Source: Octopus bimaculoides (Eukaryota). From it: DNA of 64,000 nt. Made by a program: the position numbers and the translations under genes. Below are positions 25,475 through 38,000 of the stretch, in pieces. Every line of letters begins with the position of its first letter. Within the stretch, counting starts at the first letter, position 1. The notes below the pieces were generated by a model. That model saw only the letters and a program-made list of their open reading frames with translations. It was not told the DNA's origin and did not search any database. The stretch lies in the NCBI RefSeq assembly GCF_001194135.2, contig NC_069003.1, positions 36,497,355 to 36,561,354 on the forward strand, given 5' to 3'.

Positions 25475-28400
25475 TTAAACTTCAGATGGATTTGACATTT
25501 TCCCTTCAGATTTATGAAAACTATCTCCACTATTATTGTAACCAGGAGATGAACCACCTACAAAAGAAAATAAAGAAAACATTCATTAGAATAAGAGAGA
25601 AATCAAAACCAAAACAAGTTTTATTAAAAATTTTTATATCCTCCTCACCTCTTCCACGGCCTCTTCTGCTTAGTGAACCTCGACTTTGGCTGCGAAATCT
25701 TCCAAGGGGTCTTGAGGCTCTTGATCTGAAACCACCCCGCAGGATACTGCCACGTTTGATCCCCACAGGGGTCTTTAATAAAGCTGGTCGATGAGAAATA
25801 TGCCCATGATAGCTCTGCCCACTGTCATGGCGAGGACTACCCTCGGATTTAGAGCCAAGCTATTAATAATAAATAACAAAATATCACAATGACAAATAAG
25901 ATTTCAATCACAGCACACACATACGTCATTAGTGAGTGTGAAAAAAACAGCTATCAGTTAATTCAACACAAGAAAGTATTTCTAGCAATGGGTTTCTTTA
26001 TATATCTTGTAGAGAGAAGTCCAGTTTAGAGCTAGCTTTGATCCAACCACGACTATGCAGACTATTTTAGTACATTATTTACAATGGAGAGAGATAGGTG
26101 TCCTCATCTTGTTTGTTGTTATCATCACAATGTTTCGGCTGATGTAGTCTCCAGCCCTCATCAGGTGTTCTGGTGGAATTTCAAACCCAACCCTTTATTT
26201 GACTAATGGGGTACACTGTCCTCATTCCTAAGGTATGTTGCTGAAGTCATTTTTCAAGTCCCTACCTGGAACTGACCAAAAGAATAATATCAACAGAAGG
26301 ATAACATCAGCCGCATACCTTAGGAACGAGAACAGTGTACCCCATTAGTTAAATAAAGGGTTGGGTTTGATATTCCACCAGAACACCTGATGAAAGCTGG
26401 AGAGGACATCAGCCGAAACATTGTGATGATAGCAACAAACAAGGTGAGGACACATATCCATCCATTGTAAATAATTCCTCCCCTCAAAAATATAGAATAG
26501 ACTATTTTAGCATTGTTGGAAATATACTTTTGAAGCAGAATTTATTTATTTGTTTGGTATGTAGACTCAACAATTAGGTAATTAGTTAACAAAATAAACT
26601 CACCTCATGGAAACCCCTGCTTCGATTATTTATGTCATGGCCATCTTTCCAATCTGAATATTTATCTGAAGAGACACATTCAATTTAAGAGAATAAAATA
26701 AAATCAGAAAGAATTTTGTATAGAGACAAGCACTAAAACAAACGTATATGTAGTGGAGGTGATATGACACTGGTTTACCTCTTATCCCACCATTATTTAA
26801 CTTTCCAGTCCACACCATTTATTGGTCATCAAAGCAGATATATTGCAAAGGAGATGTTGTATTAGTTAACAAGAAACTAATTATTAAATGAAATTAGAAA
26901 GAAAACTACTCACCAGAATGCTTGGAAAAACTTACAGCAGGATCTGAAGTTTTGGAATATTTTGAATCTGAAATATTAAGCAAGCTTTTAAGCTATTTTG
27001 GGATTTCTTTACCTAATGAACTTCTATAACAATAACTAAGTGGGTTAGTTTTAACAGCAGTAGACACTTATTTATCTTACTTTCATTATAAAAGCAAGTT
27101 GAAGGGGAAGAAAGAGAATCAATTTGCTTTAAATAGACTTCCATGTCGAATGTAAAAGGCAGGCTGTTACATCAACAAACTCCAAGATCAGTTTCTCGTA
27201 AACAGATAACTACAGTTCTCAAATTTTCTTTTTTTAGTTATCACCTAACATTTTAAAAAATATATTTTCAGTTTATAGTTTTCAAATAAGCAAGTGATAA
27301 AATAAGAATTTAAAATAATATTTATGCAACAAAATGTCTCTATTCTATTTTCAATTATTTCATTCCCCAGTAAAAACCAGTGTGAAGCTGAAAAAACAAA
27401 ACATATTTGGCAAAAAATATATTAGAAACTAACAGGATTATCAACCAATGGAACAGTTACATAAAAGATGAACTATGAAAGCAATGGGTTCTGTTGTACA
27501 TCGACAACACAGCCAAACTAATGAGAAACGAAACAGTAAGGGGGGTGAATATATCTGACTGCAAGAAAGAAAGGGCTACGTTCTACCTAAGGAATTCAGT
27601 ATCCGGTTTATTCTTTCACTGAAGGACATGCTGAGATATTGCCTTTTGGGGTTTAGTCAGTCATATGACCTCCAGTACATATTTTATCATCTCTGTTTCT
27701 TGAAGCATTAAGTTACAGAACACAAAAGAGGACAATATAAACACCAACATAGAGAGATGGAGAGATAAGTGGATAAAAATAGGACATACTGAGACATTGA
27801 TGCTACTTAAACCTTGTCTGTTTAATTAGCACCTGTAATGATGTTTGAGATTGAACCAAAAACATATCATCATCATTTAACGTTCATTCTTCATGCTGGC
27901 ATGGGTTGGACGATTTGTCCAGAGCTGGCCAGCTGGGGAGCTGTCCAGAGTACAATCATTTTTTGTGGCATGGTTTCTACTGCTCAATGCCCTTCCTAAT
28001 GCCAACCATTTAACAGAGTGTGCTGGGTGCTCTTTACGTAGCACTGGCACAGGTGCGAACAGAATAAATCAACCTGTTTGTGCTTAGGGACTGACAGTAA
28101 AATAGTAGAAACATCACAATAGAAGGGGATTCAATAGCAGTCCTTTCAAATTCATGTTTATGTAGTCTTATGCTATTAACAGATTATCCAAAGCGAGGAT
28201 TCTACAGTAGTCAACCACTACTAAGGGAAAACAAACTGAAAGTTACACACAATTGTTTCAAACCAAATTTGAAGAGGATTTAATTATAGCACAGGAACAG
28301 CCTCATCTGCTGAAGATTTTCTCAAGAAATTTAGAGATTTTCATTACAACTAAAAAATATGTAACCAAGTTTTCAGCCCAAGGAGACTGAATATAAAAAT

Positions 28401-29295
28401 AATATATATATATACACAAAGTATGGGGGTTCAGTTCACAGGTGATTTAAATATATATATATATATATACACATTAGTGTGAATGCTTTCATTTGTCACT
28501 AATTAATAGAAATAATGTAAGCAACAAATACCAACTTAAAATATTTCACACACACACACACACAAAAGAAAAAAGGAATATAAGAAAACAAATGTGTGAC
28601 CTCAACTGTGTGTGGTGTGTGTGTGTGTGTGTATGCAACATTGTGAAAATGGCTCCTTGTAAGCCATTTGTAAATTTTTTTCTGTGTTGTATTCTTAAAT
28701 GTTGTCAATTTCCATTATCCTCCACATTTATTTTCCTTGAATGGCACTTAATAGTTTATTATTCATTTCCAAATATTCAGAGTCAAGTCGGCTTCTCTTT
28801 GACTGTGGTGAAATGTTATTGTTGTTGTTGTTGATGTGTTAATTCCAGTTGAACCCTGGCTGAGCAGAGCTATGTCACTCAGGTAGACATCTGAACACCA
28901 GCCAGTACTTGCAAATGTGCCAAACTTACCTTTACTATAGGTTCTTTTATTTCAAATACATACCCACCCCCATCACTTTCATGTTGTTTTGTGTTTGTGT
29001 TTTTGTGTTTAAGCATGTGGTTTATTCATGTTGAGGTATTTAGAAGATTTTGTGATGTATCATTATTGGTTGACTAGCATTCTAGCCATGACCATTCTAG
29101 CCATGACCATTCTATCCACTCTTTAGTTCTTGAGTTATCCAGCATATTCAACCATTTTTAAGATGGCAGGCAAAGCTTGAAGGTGAGTTGGTTGCTATTT
29201 CTAGCAGGCTTCTCTTGATGTAAAATTTCATATAGAGTAATATAATAGTCTGGTACTTTGGGAGACCAAACTTATTATTGAAATAGTTTATTATT

Positions 29296-29333
<38 letters not shown>

Positions 29334-32300
29334 ATTGCCTCAAATTGTTCCTTTAAAACCAATCACTTTTGTTAAGAATAGTCTTGTTTTCATTTTGAAT
29401 GCTTAGTCTTGCAGTAAAAGACTTCCTCATAACTTCAACATTCTCATTATTAACAGTTCATGTTCATCCATGTGTATTTGCTGTCAAAGATTAATTCATT
29501 TCATAAAACAAGGTTTAGGGATATTTTGTTTCATACATGAAATACAAGCTGAAGAACCCATAAACCTCATTCATCTTTTTTTTGCATTCAAATAAATCCA
29601 CGATTGTGTAGTTTGGTACTGTCATTCTTTCTTTTCACCAACGATTGAAGTTGGAAGTTCAGGTGCAAACATTTGTTGCTTTTTTTTTTTCCCCTTCATA
29701 TTTTTTGTAGAGACTTGATTCCTTCGAAATGTCATAACACTGCTATTGCAGTGACTTATGAAAGTTCATTTCACATCACAAGATTGGATTCATAGCAAAG
29801 AGTTCTTGGAGTGAGACTCATAGCAAGCTTTTTGTAACCAGACTCTATGAAATTTCCAGTAGTGTGGTGCAGTGCAATAGCTTTTCAAATGATCAAAAAT
29901 TTTAATATGCAAAGATGGGGGATCCTCCATTCATGGTCTTACCTCTTCTTTTTGGAGTGTATTCCCGATCAAAATAACTCCCATCTTGATATCCACTTTT
30001 TCTCCTAGAGATAAACAAAAACACAGCTAGAAGCAAACAGAAATGAACAGAATAATATGAATATAAAGTATGGCTCCTATGCATTTCCTCTCAGTTTTAC
30101 TGTTGAATGTGTGTATACATGTAAAGTATAAGAGATGACAGATCCTTTCAGCAGGGCAGGTTTTATAACTTGAATGGTGTGTAAAATGTATTTGGATATG
30201 AAGTGCTGGAGGGATTATTTTTATGGGAAATACTTCTCCCAAACGCAAAAACAACAAACCAAAAAAACAAAACCTCGATAGCAAAGTGACAGTACGACCC
30301 ACTTTATAGATTCGTAGAACCTGATTTAATACTTATCCAATGTAAGGCAGCAAGCTGGTAGAATTATTAGCATGTCAGACAAAATGCTTAGCAGCATTCC
30401 ATTTGTCTCTATGTTCTGAGTTCAAATTCCACCAAGGTCGACTTTGCTTTTCATCCTTACGGGGTTGATAAAATAGGTGTCAGCTGAGTACTGGGGTCGA
30501 TATAATCGACTTACCTGCTGCTCCCGAAATTGCTGGCCTTGTGCCAACATTTGAAATCGATACTTATAATCCAGTTTTCCATTTATAAGTTAAACGGTGA
30601 CAATAGATTTTTCACTGTGTGACAGAGAGAGAAAGAGAAAGAGGGAGAGAGAGAAAGAGAGAGCACTTGCCATTTAGTTTTAGGATTATAGGATTCTCAC
30701 CACAAAAGGATCTTTGAGAGGATAGGTGGAAGAAAATCAAGAGAAATAAAACCTTAGTCATGAATATTCTCTCAGGAGTTGAAACCTATTTTATAGCAGT
30801 TGGCTGCTGCTGCTGTTCGTGTTTTGTAACAGCAACGGCTCAGTCCTGATTCTTATCAATAAAATATGCAACATTAAAAGAGAACAGTTGCAGATTATGC
30901 CTGATGTCTTCATGCAAATTCATACCTAAATTGCACGATAAAATCCTGGCTATACTAAATATTTACAATCATTGCGGGAGACGGAAATTATCAAAGTTCT
31001 CCAGACTTGTCTTTGATGGTCAGTTTGTTAGATTTCTCCAGTAAAACCTCAAAAGTATTAAATTATAATTAAAATTCCAAGGATTCTGTATTTTCTAATC
31101 ATCCTCTTCTGTTTTGTTGTCATGTCCACTCCTCTTCCTTTCTTCTTAACATGTCTCTCTCTTTAACTTACAAAACAACACACTAGCTTTAAACGTTATT
31201 TTGTATGGCTAACATTTTGTTAGGTTCGCATCAAACAATAAACGTCAGATTTGAAATGAAATGTTATAGCATTTCATTTCTATCGTTTCCTTTTGCTGCT
31301 TACATTCCACAGCCAAACATGTAGCATATGTGTGTGTGTGTTACCAAAAAAAAAACCCAAAAAACACTAACAAAGAAAGTAGAAACTCGTCATTTAAATG
31401 CTGCTCCAAATTCGTAATGCTGCACAATAACAATCCACATTAACCTAAATATTTATAATCAAGAGAGAATGAATTATTATTGTGTTCCAGTGTTCTTCTT
31501 CAGAGTCACATAGTAAGACTTGCCTTCTGCCAAAAGCTCAGGTATAGGTTTGTATTTATCAGCTGTCAAAATAGAGTTTTACATGTTCCTGCATGTCCCC
31601 TTGGTTCCAAGAAATCACATTTCTTGCAATATTCCTCGTTTGTTGTTGAAGTGAAATAGTGTCCTCCTCCTAGGCCTCTTCCTATGCAGGCAATGCCACA
31701 CCTGTTGTTTATCACTGTCATCCCATCTGTCATGAAATCTCAAGTGATTCAGTCACTATGTCAACGACAGAGTGGTTACATGGACATCGACCCTGAAAGT
31801 GCTTCTCTGTCAGATGTGGTAACAGGGCAGATGATGTGGACGTCACAAAGAATGTGACAGGCCAGCAATCAACAACATAAGAGTGTGTAAATACTTCAAA
31901 GGAATAAGAAAGGATTTCCCCCGGCCGATTTCAGCTAATAGGCAATAAAACACCATTGCCAATTCAAACTGTGAAACTGTTGACCCTGGACTTCACAGTG
32001 TACCATACCCTTCATTGATCTTCCAAGACTTTCTATACGTAACAGAATAGAATTTTCCTTTCTCTGTAATCCATTTGTTTGTATCGGGAATAATACAGCA
32101 GATGCAGACTAAATTGGCCACTCAGCTAATTAAAAAACATTCCTTATTTAACAAACTGCAATCACTCCAATTAACCATTTCAATGGTTCCTTTCCTTTGC
32201 ATCGTCAACCATTCCAATGGATTCTTCTGCTCATCTGAAGTAGGAAGTTCCATCACCTCTTTTGTCTTCTTGCACTATCTCACCATCAGATCCTCCACCG

Positions 32301-35050
32301 AACACCTTGTCCAATCATTCCAACTTCAAGAGAGTCAACCTCCTGAAATCCATTCTCAGCCTGTCCTGATCTTATCAATCAAGAGGACCAACAAACATGC
32401 ATGATCACTGCCGTAGCCACTTCAGATTAACCAAAAGCAACAAGAGAGCACCTCTGATGGTCTGTTAGGGTCCATCCGGAGAACCAGGAAACAACTCCTT
32501 CCTAAGCAGTACTGACAGAATAAAATCAAGAATCTCTTCAATTGCTTGGCAATCCAACAAATCTCACCTAGACACACCTTTTATACTACAACTGATCTTT
32601 ATAAAGAATATACAATATTTATTCTAAAGATTCTTAACTCTTCATGAAATAACTTGTCTTTACAGAGATGCTTAATAATATTTACCCATGCATAGGATCT
32701 TACTTAAAGAGAATTATACAACACGCACAAAATTGTTATATTTATGCAATTTAAATTCTAAACACAGATGGGTTTAGAAATCAAAAAAATTAATTAATTA
32801 GCTCAGGCCGAGAGACTGAAGAGCAGCAAATGTTTCACAAAATATTTACTATTTCCAACTAAGAACTGGTAGTGTTGATCCAAATCCTAATGCTCCCTTC
32901 CCTCCAGATGTGCAGCCAAGTGGCAATGTCAAGAATTGATAACTACAATTATGTTAGGGTATTTTAAAAGAAAGTACTTACCTTGGAGATCCTGCAAGCC
33001 TGGCACTAATACTATGGCGCAGGTCATCAGGATTATGTTGGACACGCTCCATCCGCTCCCAATCCCTTGACTCACCCCGGCTGGATTCGGAATATGCAGG
33101 CATTCCACTACCATAGTAGTGTGGAGAACTATTTAGTGGCCTCATCCTTAGATAAATAAGAAATGGGATAAGGGCTTAACGCTTACTAAGAAATCAACAA
33201 GAAAATCAATCCAGAATGTGAGCCAAGTTTGGAATGGTGCTTACACAGTAACATACATCATCAGCAAAACACTGCAGTAAGAATACTGCTTCAATGAATA
33301 CAACTTTCTCTTTGTCTACCTGTATTTATGATGTAGAAATAGAAGCTAATCAACTGGATTTGAAAGATATGTTAACAATATTGAATTCTTGAGGATTTTT
33401 CATTTGTATAAAATTCTAGTCAACTGCTTGTTTGACACTTTTCCTTTTTAATTAGCTTTAATTAACATGTTAACATGCAAGTATTTCATCAATTGATTGA
33501 ATTCTTGGAACTAATGAATGTGGTCTTCAACCAATTTATAGAATTTCTTTTAATGTTCTTCCAAAGAAACACTATTTCTCAATGTCTCATTTTGCTGCAG
33601 TATTTTCTTTCTTTCTTATGGCATCTTTTAAAATTCTTAAAATCATCCATAAATTTTTGTCCTTCTTTCCTAAGTGGTAAATGTTGAAACACTTAGTTTC
33701 TCATATTCATTAAAATTTAAATACAATTTTTCAAATATTTATCATTGAATGAAGTTTAAAGAGAATTGTATTTTTTTAAAAATGAATTCTCAAAAGTTCC
33801 GGTTGTATATTTTCCTTTGCAATTGTGTGTCTGTGGATGGGTTAATTTTTTGATGATATAGAAACATTTCACAGGGAAATTCCTTTTAACAGGGCACAAA
33901 GAATTTATGGAATCGTAATTTGTACTTTGTTAAATGTTTCTGACTTGTTTTTCCCAATCCGTGAAAAGCAGTTCCTTAATGGCAGTTAATGTTTTGACAA
34001 ATTACATGTTGATAATATTTTTGTTTGTTTGTATTTTATACATATGATTAAGTACAGAAACTGAAAAATATTAAATGTAATTTCTTCAAGAGAATCAAAG
34101 CTACATAAATAGATTAAATGGTGTTTGGTTAGTTTCTAATCGTCAATATTTAGTTTAGTTATAAATAGATTCTGTCTATATTAAAAGTGGTGCCATCATA
34201 GTAATCTTACTAATATCAATTCCAGGAAAATTTTCACAGTTAATTTCTAAAAAATATTTCTGTTTGGATTTGTACCTCCCGCCTCTCCCCATTACAATCC
34301 CTCTTTTGGTTTCATTCATGCAGATATATTTATATCTTTAATGATACCCCTTCAACTAACCAGACAATGAAACAAATAAATGCTGACTTGTCTAATGAGA
34401 CTTGGTTGCAATATACAATGGGTCAAGCAACCAAAACCGTATGTGGGTGTAGACTTAAAGAAGCAGATGTGTAAAAGAGCAAACCAGTTAGGTGCTAACC
34501 AAAAACAAAAATCTTCCAATATTATAACTTTCTCTACTCTTTTTTTTTTTTTTTTTTGGTCATCCCACATAATATGACAAAAACTATATTTTCTTAAGCT
34601 ACAGAAAATGCTTCAGCCCTGACTAATTGCTAACCCTCTACAAGATGAAATAAAACCTACACTAGAAGGACTTCTTCACACAAAAGTCTGAGACCACACC
34701 CAAAAGAAGGTCATCTACCAGATTTGCAAAGACTCAATCTTCACTCAGTCTAATTATTGATACTATGATTGCATCCCTTACTCAGTATTTCCACAAAGGC
34801 CACACATTCCCTGCTCCCCTCATCAACCCTACTTTAACCTCTCCTCACCACTTTGTTCAATCCTTCCTTCCGAAAGTATCAACTTTCTGGAATTTTCTTC
34901 CCAACCATATTCTCCTCTGCAGACTCTGACTTCAACAGTTCAACCCTAGAAAAGGTCCTGTGAAAGAAGAGCACTGCTGCCGGCCTATTTAACGAATAAT
35001 ATTTAAATTACTATAATACATGTATTAATTAAAAATATTTGGATTAATGA

Positions 35051-35085
<35 letters not shown>

Positions 35086-38000
35086 ATAAATTCTCAGATT
35101 TATTCAATTTTCAATTTGTGAAACAATCCAGTAAAAAGATTAAGACTGAAGTCGATAGATAAAAAGATGTGATCCAGTGGTGCAACAAAACGATGATTTG
35201 TCGTTCTCCTGCAGTCTGTTATAATTTAGATGATTAAATGTCCTGATAAGGTTCTGTGAAGTGATTTGAAGCAATCCAGCCATAAGATCAGTGAGTTAGA
35301 GAAATGTTTCAGTGTTGTCTAATGGCAGCAACAGAATTCATAAGATACAAGAGTCTTTCTGTCAGTTTTGTTACAAAAAGAAGGTAAAAAAAAAAAAGGG
35401 ACCCTATCAACATATTTTTCCATTGAGTCCAGTTAGCAATTCTTCAAATCAATCACCAGATTTGCTTTTGTTTTGCCGAATAAAAAAATGTTAAAAGAAA
35501 AAAATTCTGATCTTCGCCTTTGAAATACTTCTGGACTTGTTTTCATTAATTCAAACATTACTGCAATAGTAACCATAATGCACCAGTGCAGTATGGAACG
35601 AGAAGAGTCTTTTCACTGAGACAGGCACAAACTTCAAAAAAAAAATTAGCAGCTCCAAACAGTTGTTAAGTCATAAATTTAAACAAGAAATAATGTATTA
35701 TTACATTATGAAGTTTTTTTTCTTTTATAAATTGTTCTTTTTATCCAGTTTAGAAAAACATAATCCGATTGCTTCAAATAAGTAACAAGACAGAAGTAAG
35801 AAATATTTCCTTGGAGTTGTTAACCAGTTATGGCAAGAAAACATCTTTTAATGTCTGAAAATTTTCAATATTACTCTGCTGATGCCAAACTCTTTGTTTT
35901 CAAAGACAAACAGTGCACACAATCATTAAAACTGGGGTATAATACAGTCAATAATTTTTATCACTTTGAATTTACCACAACAATAACCTCCATTTTGTAA
36001 AATTTCTGTTCTAGATCAAGTAGATCTAGGAGTACCTCAGCTATGGCTATCAAATATTGTTTTTAGCCATTGTGTTTCTTGGAATTCATTATATGATGTG
36101 CCCTTCCCACTTTCAAAGAAGGTTGGGAATTATTTCTAGCAGATTCAACGACCACTTAGAGGCTCTTTTGTTGGTTCATTTTCTTTTCTTTTTTTTTTCT
36201 ATAGACTTAATAAAAAAAATTTTTTTTCTTTCATTTCTAGTATATTTAATCATTGCAGATTTCGCAGTTTTAAACATTTCATGATTTCTAATTGTAAATG
36301 CATATCATTTCAGAGCACTATTTGCCATGCTGCAATCATTTCCAAATATGAATGAGTTCAAATCTTGCCAAAGTCAACTTTATCTTCCATCCTTCTTGTA
36401 TTGATTAGAGAGGTATCAATACCCAGCTATTGATTCAGTTCACCAGACAAATCTATGGCATCATGGTACCAATGTTACAATTCATTGTCTTTCTTATTAA
36501 AACGGTTTGGATCACCAAAAGACTTTTTTTTTTTTTACTTTTTAGTTGTACCACATTCCTGGCAATAATCATAACTAATTGCATCAAGGTCATTATTTAA
36601 CTCTAATTAGACTTTGTAATGTTCTACTAGAGCACGACCACTTACATGAATAAAAGACATGAACGTCCTCAAAGAACGATATGAACAAATCTAGTTTCCA
36701 TCACATACACAGAGGGAAATGTTGCTTAGCAGTTAAGTCACTGGATAATAATAAAATAATTGGTAGCTGTGGTATGAGAAATTTAGTAATAGAGACAGCA
36801 AAATATAAGTTCAGAATGAAGTTTTGTCAGATTAAAGCATTTATGAAATTAAGCGATTGCTAATAACGAGAACTGGGCTGATTATCACCAGCCCAGTAAA
36901 CGAACTGATTTCTATTAGAGTGAACCAAATGAAAATAAAATAGCAATTACCATGGAATGAGCACAGATTATCAAAACAATACTTACCTGCTTTCTCCCAT
37001 CCAGCGATCATGGCTACTTCTTTGACTAGATAATGACCGAGATCCTTCATATCCTTCTTTAGGATTTCTATAAAAGATTTCCATCAAATCCATCTGAGAC
37101 ATTTGGAAATGTATTATTTCTAATATCAATGGACTTTTAGACTGTGGTATTTCGTCCAGGTAAGGTCACTTTAAAGAGGTAGAGTGTTAAAAAAACACAG
37201 TATACCTCAGAAACCAGATGAAACGTATGACAGATATTGATATTTCACAGTTATTTCTGCCCATCGGTGCCATGTACTCGATTCACTACCAAAGCAAAAT
37301 TGAATTGCTGGTCTCAAGTTTAAAAGCATTTAACAACATCCATGCATTAAATATATAACATGGAGAATGTTTACATTAAAGAACTGTTATTTAACATAAA
37401 ATCTGGAATTTTGTTTTATTTGTATATCACTTTTGCATATCAGCAGATATACTTTACACTACCTGTATACCTGTAGATACTACAGGCCAGCAATTCGAAT
37501 TTGGAAATGAATTGAAGAAATGGAATTGGTGAGCAGAAATAACTGCAAAATATCAATGTCTGTTGTTTCTGTTCCCCTCCAGGGCAATTTGTTTCACCTG
37601 CCTTTGAGGTATTCTGCAATTTTTTAAACCCTGTAAGTCTTGATGAAATACCACAGCCTAAAAGTGTTTAATAGCACACATGCATTATGTGACATTATTA
37701 ATTTATTAATTGGGTGGCAAATGCAGTTGTAATACCACCTCATTTACTATTGATCTGTCACAGTATAACTTACATGATCTGTTATAGGAAAATGTTTACT
37801 GACCTGTCATAGTAATATTGGTCATCACTCCATGAGTGAGAATAGGGTGGTGACCTATAGCCAGAGCTATAGGGACCATCATCACTCATTTCACGGTAAT
37901 TATTTCTTTCACGAGAATCCACTGTCACAACTCGAAGTTCTTTGTAGTCAAGTTCTTCTTCTCCTGTATCAATAACATCATACTGGCGAAGTTCCTCTCG

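Larger units (their letters stand above)
26071..26498. mobile_element. Penelope-like (PLE) inverted pseudo-LTR insertion with 12-bp TSD
   Basis: About 170-bp inverted arms 26075-26244 and 26307-26475; agactattttag duplicated at 26059-26070 and 26499-26510; the arms contain ctgatga...cagccgaaacattgt, typical of PLE termini. Confidence 0.8.

Noticed and set aside
31566-31733. 55-aa Cys/Gly-containing ORF in the BCLAF-like intron
   Set aside because: No compatible splice sites or recognisable family; likely chance or TE debris.
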